Assembly: GCA_009887255.1 (NCBI GenBank)
Contig: QXXW01000030.1
Coordinates: 1 to 46,501 of the forward strand
Direction of reading: 5' to 3'
Length of the DNA: 46,501 nt
Source: Candidatus Poseidoniales archaeon
GTDB lineage: Archaea; Thermoplasmatota; Poseidoniia; Poseidoniales; Poseidoniaceae
The notes under the pieces are model-generated. The model was not told where the DNA came from. It saw only the letters and a list, made by a program, of their open reading frames with translations, and searched no databases. Made by a program: the position numbers and the translations under genes. Shown in pieces: positions 1 to 8,181 of this stretch (the stretch's first letter is position 1; each line of letters begins with the position of its first letter).

Positions 1-2
1 TT

Positions 3-1859
3 GTCCCCACTTCAGCATGGTTGGGTTGGAACATCTACCAGCCAGCTCGGTACATACTGACCGACTTCAGCGATACCAACGGGCACCAAAATGCTGCCAC
101 TGGCGACAACGCCGCCCACAACACCACCACCTTTGCTGGTGGAGCGGGTTGGGCCACCACGGGTCAGTTCAACGTCACTGAAGACAGGGTCAACTTCCCC
201 GAGGGTCACCCAGAGGAGGTCACCACCATCACGACTGACCTGGCGTGTGAGTTCCGATCAAGTGAGCGAAGAATCGACGGTGTTGGCACTCAAGCCATGG
301 TGGCAACGGTGTTGACCGTCACGGACAGCAACGACAAGGTGGTCAGTTCGTTCGAGAACTGCGCCGGTGACACCACCGAACTGATGGTTGGCACCTACGA
401 TTACACCTACAGTGTTGTTGTGAGTGGCGCTCTTGCCGAAAACGACAGCATCACCACCGAGACCTCCTTTACCATTCAGTCCTACCAGCCTCTACTGATC
501 TGGGCCGAAGACGCCCCTGAGGGCCTTGCGGGCCATTCGGTGAACCTCTCCAACACCGAAGAGATGGCGTTGGGCGGTGCTGCCTTTGGCGTGATTGAAA
601 ACCCAAGTTACCACCAGAACCCCAAATCCTTGGACGCTAAACTCACCTATGCCATGTTCATACCATCCGTCACCTTCGGTGCTCTTGTGTTTGTCTTGCT
701 TCGCTACATGGCCCGTGGATACGAGTTTGAAATGAACAAGTGCTACGGTTGCGATTTGTGCGACGACGCTTGTCCGGTTCGTCTGTTTAATGGCGGTGAC
801 AAACTCAACATCATCTACAATTCGTGGAACAACGAGGATGATGGTGTGCCGATGTATTCCTGCTTGACCTGTTCGGCGTGCACAAATGCTTGCCCTCAAC
901 TGGTCGACTACGACTCCTACGTGGACATCCGTAGAAGTTTAATCGTCGGTGGTCCTCAGGCAGAAATCCCTCACACCGTTCTTCAAGCCGTGTTGAACGC
1001 AGAAGCCGAAGAAGAGGCTGATGTGGACTTCATCGCTACCGAGGATTACCCCATCACCTCCAACATTGGTTACTACCCTGGTTGTGTCGATTACCTCGAC
1101 CAAGAAATGGTGTTCTCCCATGTGAACGAGGGCACGATGAACCTCGGAGATTCCACAACCGCTGCCTTCACCTTGTTTGAAGAAATGGGCACCGATGTGG
1201 CTTACCTTGGGCGAGACTTCCTGAAGTGCTGTGGTCACGACCAGAAGTGGCAAGGTCTTGACGAAGTGTTTGACAAGCTGAAAGCGTACAATCAGCGAAA
1301 GATCAGCGAATCCGGCATCGACACCCTGGTCTCTTCCTGTGCAGAATGCTTCAGAACCTTCGCTCGTGATTACGAACTTGAAGACGTCAAGGTGATGCAC
1401 ACCACGGAATTCTTGACCGAACAAGGGTTTGACATGAACCTCAAGGCCGAAGACACGACGGTGACCTTCCACGACCCATGCCGACTTGGTCGACAGATGG
1501 GCGTCTACGACGAACCTCGAGACCTCATCAACGCAGTTGAGGGTGTTGAACTGGTCGAGATGGAACACCACGGTGAAGACGCCATGTGCTGTGGCGTGTC
1601 GAGCATGATGTCGTGCAACGAGAACGCTCGTTCACTGCGTGTGACCCGCATGGAAGAAGTTCGTGCCACAGGTGCCGAAACCATGCTGACCTCCTGTCCC
1701 AAGTGTGTTTCTCACTTTGAGTGCTTGAAGTTTGAAGGCGATGAAGCCTACCAAGACATTGAGATTCTCGATGTGGTTTCCTTCCTCGCTCGTCAAGTCA
1801 ACGAAAAGAAAGCCCAGATTGGCGCCGAGGCCACTGTTTCCGGTACCGTCGAAGCTTGA
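3..1859 (+). CDS. HdrD/GlpC-like iron-sulfur oxidoreductase (2x[4Fe-4S] + 2x CCG domains) fused to an N-terminal extracytoplasmic-looking domain and one TM helix; 5' end probably lies outside the window
   Basis: The reading frame is open to the window edge, with no in-frame stop between positions 3 and 20. Ferredoxin-type motifs CYGCDLCDDACP and CLTCSACTNACP are present. There are two CCG-type cysteine patterns (PGCVDY..KCCGHD..SSCAECF and DPCRLG..MCCGVS..TSCPKCV). A hydrophobic helix YAMFIPSVTFGALVFVLLRY followed by RYMARGYE separates a Thr/Asn-rich N-terminal domain from the Fe-S module. Confidence 0.7.
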   Translation, partial: VPTSAWLGWNIYQPARYILTDFSDTNGHQNAATGDNAAHNTTTFAGGAGWATTGQFNVTEDRVNFPEGHPEEVTTITTDLACEFRSSERRIDGVGTQAMVATVLTVTDSNDKVVSSFENCAGDTTELMVGTYDYTYSVVVSGALAENDSITTETSFTIQSYQPLLIWAEDAPEGLAGHSVNLSNTEEMALGGAAFGVIENPSYHQNPKSLDAKLTYAMFIPSVTFGALVFVLLRYMARGYEFEMNKCYGCDLCDDACPVRLFNGGDKLNIIYNSWNNEDDGVPMYSCLTCSACTNACPQLVDYDSYVDIRRSLIVGGPQAEIPHTVLQAVLNAEAEEEADVDFIATEDYPITSNIGYYPGCVDYLDQEMVFSHVNEGTMNLGDSTTAAFTLFEEMGTDVAYLGRDFLKCCGHDQKWQGLDEVFDKLKAYNQRKISESGIDTLVSSCAECFRTFARDYELEDVKVMHTTEFLTEQGFDMNLKAEDTTVTFHDPCRLGRQMGVYDEPRDLINAVEGVELVEMEHHGEDAMCCGVSSMMSCNENARSLRVTRMEEVRATGAETMLTSCPKCVSHFECLKFEGDEAYQDIEILDVVSFLARQVNEKKAQIGAEATVSGTVEA

Positions 1860-2127
1860 ACGACCACCCGTGCATCGGTTCTCTTGAACTTTGCACCAGC
1901 CCACCTGTCGTGACCATCGCGCCAACCAGGTTCTAAACCACGAGCCCTGTTTGCGGACGAACGGCCGATTTTGAGACCACGTGTTGACCGTGGGCTGAAG
2001 AAACTGATCGCAAATGTGTTCATGCACGCAATGGGTTGAACGATGTATGCGAGCAATCACAACGGTGCCCATCCAACAGATGGGTGTTGCAAGGCGATTC
2101 TTCGAAACGTTCAGCGATGGAAAGAAA

Positions 2128-2652
2128 TCAATCAACAATTCCATGCCCAACATACAAGAGCACAATCGCGATGACCGACAAACCCCTTTGCATGTGAAGA
2201 ATTCTTGCACCTTTTCTGAACTCTTTTGGCGGCCATTTCCATTGCATTAACGAACCACTGAAGATCAGCATCCAAATACCAGCCATCCCAGCCCATAGAG
2301 TCCAATGCCATTCCAGTACAAGACCATGGGCAGTCCCTATAATCGCTGCAATCGCTCCAAGCCAATTATGAACTCTCATAAATCGTCGGTTGAAGACTCC
2401 AAGTTTTTTCTTGAAAGGCCTTGGTTCAGTGTCCAAGAGTTTTGCGCCGTTCATTCTGAGCCATTTGTAAGACGGCTTCCAAATTGCTATTGAAAGTGTT
2501 GCTATGAGGAAATAGAGTGCAACATCACCGAGGCCTTCTGCATCAATTCCAAGGATTTTCTCATCATCATCATCTTCACCATCATCTGCAAGGGCAGTGG
2601 AGGTCATCAATAGAACTGAAAGTGCCAACACCAAACACCATCTAAGAAGCAT
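2128..2652 (-). CDS. 4-TM membrane protein with signal-like N-terminus; possible bis-His (cytochrome b-like) heme-binding protein
   Basis: 174-aa ORF with an ATG start at 2652. It has a hydrophobic leader MLLRWCLVLALSVLLMTSTALA, an acidic stretch DDGEDDDDE, then four hydrophobic helices. Two of these carry His pairs (RVHNW..TAHGL and ILHMQ..VGHG). Confidence 0.45.
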   Translation of the reverse strand: MLLRWCLVLALSVLLMTSTALADDGEDDDDEKILGIDAEGLGDVALYFLIATLSIAIWKPSYKWLRMNGAKLLDTEPRPFKKKLGVFNRRFMRVHNWLGAIAAIIGTAHGLVLEWHWTLWAGMAGIWMLIFSGSLMQWKWPPKEFRKGARILHMQRGLSVIAIVLLYVGHGIVD

Positions 2653-2935
2653 AGGTTAAGCCCAGGTTTCTTCATAATTATGTGTATCCACACGGTGATA
2701 CGATCAATACTCGAACAAAGGACTCGGTGATGCAACCATCACCGAATCGAATTCAGATCGGTAGGGAGGACTCATCCCAAACCCCTTCCAACCGATGATG
2801 ATAATTTGGTGGGTTCTGCGGGGGTTTGTATGTTCGTTAAACTAGGGGTGACTGTTTGCAGTGGGCCTAATCGCAGGTATCGGTCACACAAGCGAATTGC
2901 AGACCGTCCACTGCCACATCCTACCGGAGGAAAGG

Positions 2936-3223
2936 TCAGGATTGGCCTTCATCCTCGTCGTCTTCCATCCCCACGATTTCGTAGTTGGATGGGAACAAGC
3001 CGACGGCCACACCCAATATCAAGGCCAAAAGACCCCATGCGAAATTTTGTCGAACGAACATGAGTTCAAGAGCAAGAACACAGAGCAACAACCCACCAAT
3101 GTTGGATGTCCAAACCAGTGTCTTGAACGTTGACAGGCTCACTCCAGCCGTCCCGGGTTTTCGATACGGACCGAATTCTCCTCCAAAACGTTGCGCAGAC
3201 GGGTCTTTTCCTTTCTTGGCCAT
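2936..3223 (-). CDS. small 2-TM membrane protein, unknown function
   Basis: 95-aa ORF lying 13 nt downstream of the ferredoxin gene on the same strand. It has a basic N-terminus, two hydrophobic segments (IGGLLLCVLALELMF, WGLLALILGVAVGLF) and an acidic tail EDDEDEGQS. Confidence 0.4.
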   Translation of the reverse strand: MAKKGKDPSAQRFGGEFGPYRKPGTAGVSLSTFKTLVWTSNIGGLLLCVLALELMFVRQNFAWGLLALILGVAVGLFPSNYEIVGMEDDEDEGQS

Positions 3224-3236
3224 GGTGGTTTCCTCC

Positions 3237-3569
3237 TCATCGGTCGATCATGGTGATGGCGTCTGTGGGGCAGGCGAGGACGCACAAGCGGCATCCTGTG
3301 CAAGCGTCACGGATAATTTTCGCCTTTCGGTTGCTGTCAACCGACATCAGCGGGCTCATCATCGCAAGGTGGTAGAGTTCAATGGCGTCATCGTCGCACA
3401 CGATGGTGCACTGGTCGCATCCAATGCATTTCCGCTCTTCAACGAAAGCCACCGTGCCTTCTCCACCTTTGGTGTTGGCTCGCTGTTCTCCTCGTTGACG
3501 GTTAAGGGCTGTGCGGATGCGCAACGCCTCTTGTTCTCGACGCCGGCGAAGCTCGTCCGCCTGTGTCAT
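3237..3569 (-). CDS. 2x[4Fe-4S] ferredoxin-domain protein with basic N-terminal extension
   Basis: Motifs CIGCDQCTIVC and CTGCRLCVLACP (CX2CX2CX3C(P)). The start overlaps the stop of the upstream membrane-protein gene by 4 nt. Confidence 0.75.
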   Translation of the reverse strand: MTQADELRRRREQEALRIRTALNRQRGEQRANTKGGEGTVAFVEERKCIGCDQCTIVCDDDAIELYHLAMMSPLMSVDSNRKAKIIRDACTGCRLCVLACPTDAITMIDR

Positions 3570-4333
3570 GGAATGTCCTCCTTCGGAGGTTCCCCTTCAA
3601 ACTTGGCAACGCTCAGGTTCACCAACAGGTCGCCAAAGCAGTAAAACGCTCCGACCAAGAGTGGAGGATTCCACGATGTGAGAGGGGTCCATGGCACGTT
3701 GGTTGCCCATTCCCAGTTGCCCAGTTGCGTCCCCACAATTTCCATGCCCAGTGCGGCCCAGACCATGGCGGCATAGAGTCGTGGTTGCGGGCCAAACATC
3801 GTGAACACAACCACCAAGGCCAACAACAAGGCGCCAGAGGTGTCTCCTCCTGTCCACACACCGTAGGCGACAAGAGGCACAAAAGGCATCAGCAGGGGCA
3901 GAGCCCAAGAGGCCTTCAGTCGTTCAGCCCAAATTCGGCCGAGGTCAAAGAGAAAATAGTGGCCCACCGGTACAAACAACGGCATGAGTCCACGTTGGTA
4001 TTCGTAAATCATCCAGACTTCAGAAAAAAACAATTCCATCGGTGTGGCAAATGCCAACACGGTGAGCATTTCAATTCGGCCCTTCCGGTCTGCCTGGCGG
4101 TAAAGCACACCAAACAAACCCAAACACCACAGGTTGACGGGCAACTCTGCCCAACGGTCGGGCAATAAGCCGTTGGCCCCTGTTGCTGCGACCCACAGGC
4201 CAATGACAATGGTGAGGACGTACCACCACGCCTTCCCCCTCATGAACCGGGGTTGTTGGGGTTTGCTTTCATCCTGTTGATGTCCGATTGCAGGGTGAAC
4301 TGGCCAGTTCAGCCCGACCAGTTCACGCCTCAA
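3566..4333 (-). CDS. polytopic membrane protein, unknown function
   Basis: 255-aa ORF with about 6-7 hydrophobic helices and a Trp-rich C-terminal motif GNWEWATNVPWTPLTSWNPP. The TTG start at 4333 overlaps the gshA-like stop by 11 nt. An alternative ATG at 4243 (MRGKAWWYV) is equally plausible. Confidence 0.55.
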   Translation of the reverse strand: MRRELVGLNWPVHPAIGHQQDESKPQQPRFMRGKAWWYVLTIVIGLWVAATGANGLLPDRWAELPVNLWCLGLFGVLYRQADRKGRIEMLTVLAFATPMELFFSEVWMIYEYQRGLMPLFVPVGHYFLFDLGRIWAERLKASWALPLLMPFVPLVAYGVWTGGDTSGALLLALVVVFTMFGPQPRLYAAMVWAALGMEIVGTQLGNWEWATNVPWTPLTSWNPPLLVGAFYCFGDLLVNLSVAKFEGEPPKEDIP

Positions 4334-5531
4334 CGATGTAATGCTCGGCTTCTTTACCCATGGCCAACATGCTCAGTTCGGCGACGAGGGCGTGCCATCC
4401 GTGGGCTTCTGCAGCGTAAGGGTTGGCTGTATCAGCGTAGTTTTCAAATCGTGCACTGGGGGAATTCAAGTTCTCCATATCCGATTTCTTTCCGTTGATT
4501 CGGTAGAACCATGATGCTGCTTCTCCGTCAACGAGGTAGACCACCGGCTCCAAAGGCTCCTCCTCTTCTGTTCTGAGCGCTGTGGGTATGCCTTCTTGGA
4601 TCAGGAAGTTCTCAACTGCAGCACCTCCCTTGGCGTAACGCAGGCGGTTGGCTTTTCTGTTTGAGAGGTTCAGGATTTGGTCGCCTGAGGTCAACACCAT
4701 GACGCCCAATCCATAGGTTCCGCTGTCGTTTTTCATCACCACCGTCGGCTCACGGTCGATGCCCAATGTTGCGTAGCGCTGGCGGATTTGGTCGAGGAAT
4801 TCGTCAATTTCGACAGCGAGTCGTTGCTTGCAGCTGTCTTCGGTCAGACATTTGTTTTCAGAAACAATCCAGTCCGGCATGAGGTGCCAAGGGTCAATGT
4901 TCAGCAGGTCAGCCATCTCCTCAACATAAGGACGCAACGCCTCGTAGTGCTGCGATTTTCGCCTGCGAAACCATCCCATGTGAGGAGGTGGAGTCACGTT
5001 GGGTGATGCCACGCCTGGAATGTTACCCTTGGTCAAGTCATTGTTCAGGAGAATCAAATCCGGAGAGGCGCCGTCGATGAGAAGTTCATCCATCTCGTTG
5101 ATGGTGACTTGGGTCAATTCCAATGGTCCGCTCGTGCCGTTGAGCAAGGCATGTTCACTCAATTCGGGTGAGCCAACGGTGCATCGGTAGCCCGCATGCT
5201 CGACGATTCGTTTGATGGAAGCAATGTTTTCGATGTATGCTGGATTCCTCGTGTGGTTTTCGGGGTAGATGTGAACCCAGGAGCAACCCGGATGGGTTCG
5301 TTGGAGGTGTTCAGCAAAAAGGATCGAGAGTTCACGGCCTTCTTCAATTGAAACGTTGTTGAATCCTGCAGGAAAGTGGTTGGCGTCAACAACACCGATT
5401 TTCCATCCAGCGTCGCGCACGTCCACGCTTCCATAAATCGGAATGGCCACTTCAGATCGCTTTTGCACCATCCAATCGGTGACCTCCGTACGGTGTTTTT
5501 CCAAATGTTCATTTAAATCCCACATGTTCAC
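4323..5531 (-). CDS. gshA: glutamate--cysteine ligase, PF08886 (GshA) type
   Basis: I recognise the N-terminal motif GSVDVRDAGWKIGVVDANHFPAGFNNVS and the following YPENHTRNPAYIENI from memory as typical of the proteobacterial-type GshA family. The 402-aa length fits that family. Confidence 0.6.
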   Translation of the reverse strand: MNMWDLNEHLEKHRTEVTDWMVQKRSEVAIPIYGSVDVRDAGWKIGVVDANHFPAGFNNVSIEEGRELSILFAEHLQRTHPGCSWVHIYPENHTRNPAYIENIASIKRIVEHAGYRCTVGSPELSEHALLNGTSGPLELTQVTINEMDELLIDGASPDLILLNNDLTKGNIPGVASPNVTPPPHMGWFRRRKSQHYEALRPYVEEMADLLNIDPWHLMPDWIVSENKCLTEDSCKQRLAVEIDEFLDQIRQRYATLGIDREPTVVMKNDSGTYGLGVMVLTSGDQILNLSNRKANRLRYAKGGAAVENFLIQEGIPTALRTEEEEPLEPVVYLVDGEAASWFYRINGKKSDMENLNSPSARFENYADTANPYAAEAHGWHALVAELSMLAMGKEAEHYIVEA

Positions 5532-5532
5532 T

Positions 5533-7308
5533 TCACATCACCTCGCTTAACCAGCCATCAACGGTTCGATGACGTCGTCGCCATCCATCGTTGTTTAGAT
5601 GCATGGCCTCAAACAGCCCCATTCCGAGTGCCAACTCTTCTTGCCCTTTGAGTACAGGAGCCCATTCAGCATACTTCTCCATCAACTCGGAAGTTTGGCT
5701 CTCGTATCCCTTGAGGAAGGTGCTGATCATCGTCGGTGAGGTGGCGCGACCTGCCGGTAGTTTGGGACGTTCGACGATACTCTTGGGCAGCTTGGTGAGG
5801 GCGGCAGCCTTCCGGAGTGCCAATTTTTCCAGTCCGTCGTTTGGCAAACGCCAATCCATGGGCAAGGCTTGGGCCTGTTGCCGATGAGGTCGTCCAAGAA
5901 ACGGCACACGAACTTCAAGGGAGTGCGCCATTGAATGACGGTCGACCAAGCGAAGTTGGAAATTGCTCAATTGGCCGTGATCGAATTCAAACTGAAGCAT
6001 GGAGCCGAGGTCGTTGGTTGGCTCTTCGGCCCGATGCTGATGTTTTGACCAACCATCGACCTCCGCGAGATCACCGTTGAAAAGGGGTTTGCGAACGTTG
6101 TCGGGGAGGGCTGTTTCCCTTGCTTGCAATTCCGAGCGATGGGCCATTAGGTTGCGGTATCGGGGGTAACCCGCATGGAGTTCATCAGCCCCTTGCCCGC
6201 ACAACCCTACGGTGACATGACGCCGCATGTGTTCAAAGAGTGGCTGGAAGAAGAGAACCGTCACGTCGATGTCTTCGCCGTGCCAAGAAAGCGACGGCAA
6301 CCGTTCCTCAAAGGCATCTGGTTCCAAAATGTGCTGGTGATGCTCCAAATCAAAGGTCGAGGCCACTTCTTCGGCAGCCATCCAATCGGGGTTGTCTTCG
6401 CTTCCAGCGACGGTCCAACAGGCGGGGACAGGTTGTTCTGCACGTTCCGCAGCTTCATGAGCAACGGCAGCCACCAGACTTGAATCCAAGCCTCCTGACA
6501 AGACGATTCCAACGGGCACATCAGCCATCAAACGCTGCTGCACACTGCTGACAAACGAATCCAGCAAAACGGAAGCTTGGGTGGATGCGTTCCATTCTGT
6601 TGAAGGTTGCACCATCGACCGTTCGATGACGGCTGAATCCGAGAGGTAAGCCGCTCCTTCCTCGTCGACCTTCCAAACCTCAACCGTCCCGGCGGGGACT
6701 TGACTCACGCCAGACAAGAGGCTGGTGCTGTCAAGCGGATACTCCCACACCAATCGTGCACCAAACGCCACGCGATCAAGAGTTGGGCGGTACATGTCAT
6801 GGGCTTGAAACGCCTTGGCTTCACTTGCGAACATCAACGACCCTTCCACGATGGTTCGGGACAACGGCTTGATACCGAGGGCGTCCCTTGCGAGGATGAG
6901 TTCTTGTTGTTCGACATCCCAAAGGGCAAATGCAAACATGCCGTCAAGGCGATGAATCCATGCTGCGTGGTCGTTTGCAGATCGTGAATGTCCCGGTGAT
7001 GCAGTATGCTGGTGAAGGGCAAGGATCACTTCACTGTCGCCCTTCGTCGTGTAGGGATAAGGGACTTGTTGACGCATCGATGTGTGGTTGTATATTTCGC
7101 CGTTGACGATTAGAGAGGACCCGTTGGTGCCGTGTAGGGGCTGTTGGCTTCCCGTGACATCAAGGATAGCAAGACGTGTGTGCGCCAACCCAATTGGGGC
7201 TTCGACATGAACGGATTGTTCGTCCGGTCCACGATGGCCTTGAATGCGATTCATGCGGTGCAGAATTGGTTCATCGGGAGACCCCAATACCCCTGCAATG
7301 CCACACAT
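5533..7308 (-). CDS. asnB: asparagine synthetase-family glutamine amidotransferase (AsnB-like)
   Basis: MCGIAG N-terminal nucleophile (class II GATase), a PP-loop SGGLDSS, and 591 aa. The stop lies 1 nt upstream of the gshA-like start. Confidence 0.85.
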   Translation of the reverse strand: MCGIAGVLGSPDEPILHRMNRIQGHRGPDEQSVHVEAPIGLAHTRLAILDVTGSQQPLHGTNGSSLIVNGEIYNHTSMRQQVPYPYTTKGDSEVILALHQHTASPGHSRSANDHAAWIHRLDGMFAFALWDVEQQELILARDALGIKPLSRTIVEGSLMFASEAKAFQAHDMYRPTLDRVAFGARLVWEYPLDSTSLLSGVSQVPAGTVEVWKVDEEGAAYLSDSAVIERSMVQPSTEWNASTQASVLLDSFVSSVQQRLMADVPVGIVLSGGLDSSLVAAVAHEAAERAEQPVPACWTVAGSEDNPDWMAAEEVASTFDLEHHQHILEPDAFEERLPSLSWHGEDIDVTVLFFQPLFEHMRRHVTVGLCGQGADELHAGYPRYRNLMAHRSELQARETALPDNVRKPLFNGDLAEVDGWSKHQHRAEEPTNDLGSMLQFEFDHGQLSNFQLRLVDRHSMAHSLEVRVPFLGRPHRQQAQALPMDWRLPNDGLEKLALRKAAALTKLPKSIVERPKLPAGRATSPTMISTFLKGYESQTSELMEKYAEWAPVLKGQEELALGMGLFEAMHLNNDGWRRRHRTVDGWLSEVM

Positions 7309-7364
7309 GAATGGGCCTCGGTGGGCCCCCTTTTGAACTGATGTTCATTCATGGGACGAAAAAG

Positions 7365-7475
7365 TCACCAAAGGGGGTATTGGAACATGGTGATCCCGAG
7401 AAGGACAATCGCCAGTCCAAAGGCTACTTGGTACGCCATTTGAGGGGGGTCGTTGTCCGTTCCTTGGTCCGACAT
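7365..7475 (-). CDS. candidate 36-aa single-TM micro-protein (below the ORF-track cutoff)
   Basis: Hand translation of the minus strand gives MSDQGTDNDPPQMAYQVAFGLAIVLLGITMFQYPLW* in an otherwise empty 246-nt gap between asnB and the upstream membrane gene. There is no other support. Confidence 0.2.
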   Translation of the reverse strand: MSDQGTDNDPPQMAYQVAFGLAIVLLGITMFQYPLW

Positions 7476-7554
7476 AATGCTCACCTGTCCAAACCAACGG
7501 GAGCCACCATTTCAACATATGGTGGGAGGTCAATGCAACGCATTGTCCTCATCA

Positions 7555-8181
7555 TCATGGCATGACGCTGAAAAAGGGTTCAAGGAGCAACACCAAGGTC
7601 AGCGGTATCAATATCATGGTGGCGTTGTCATCAATGTAGGTGAGTCGAGGCCATTCAGAAGCCATGCACACGACGGGAAGAAGGATGCTGATCAGCAAAG
7701 GCGTGCCGTGGACGTAGGTGCTGGCCAGCCAAATGGCGAGGATAAGTCCTGTTGCATACACCATGACGTTTCGGTCACTGACGCCCTTTCGCCGCAACTC
7801 ACCCATGAAGGGGTCCCCCAAGGCCAGCGACACGATCAGGGGCCAGGCATAGGCCTCTTCTGGCGTCAGCAACAGGACCATGCAAATGGCCAAGCCGCCC
7901 CATGCCAATGCTGAAATTTGCTTTGATTCGTAAGCCCGCTGGCCAAAAACCGTGATGCCAAGCCGCAATCTGAGTCCTTCAACGGCCACCAAAAGCAGAA
8001 CGAACCCAGCGACGAGTTGATCGAGGGTAGCGTTGAACAGGTCTGCAACGTTCTCGCCGAATTCAAAATACACAAAGGGGATCAACACCATCCCCAAATG
8101 AATGGCTCGGCGCAGGATGTGGCCTTTCATGCCCCCAACTGAAGTGTCAACTGGGTTGGTCATCTCAACTTGAGCGCTCAT
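7555..8181 (-). CDS. polyprenol/dolichol kinase-like (CTP-dependent kinase / cytidylyltransferase superfamily) membrane protein
   Basis: Polytopic ORF with family-like motifs ILRRAIHLG, LALGDPFMGELRRKG and IDDNATM. An ATG at 8163 (MTNPVD) would sit 1 nt from the meaB stop. Confidence 0.45.
   Translation of the reverse strand: MSAQVEMTNPVDTSVGGMKGHILRRAIHLGMVLIPFVYFEFGENVADLFNATLDQLVAGFVLLLVAVEGLRLRLGITVFGQRAYESKQISALAWGGLAICMVLLLTPEEAYAWPLIVSLALGDPFMGELRRKGVSDRNVMVYATGLILAIWLASTYVHGTPLLISILLPVVCMASEWPRLTYIDDNATMILIPLTLVLLLEPFFSVMP

Noticed and set aside
939-2210. Minus-strand ORFs 939..1571 and 1632..2210.
   Set aside because: The first is wholly antisense to the HdrD-like gene. The second overlaps that gene's 3' end and runs into the intergenic gap. 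Neither has a recognisable motif or sensible start context.
2724-2745. Perfect 9-bp hairpin TCGGTGATG-CAAC-CATCACCGA between two minus-strand genes.
   Set aside because: It could be a terminator or processing site. But it is an isolated small palindrome with no adjacent T-tract and no second copy, so the evidence is too weak to call a feature.
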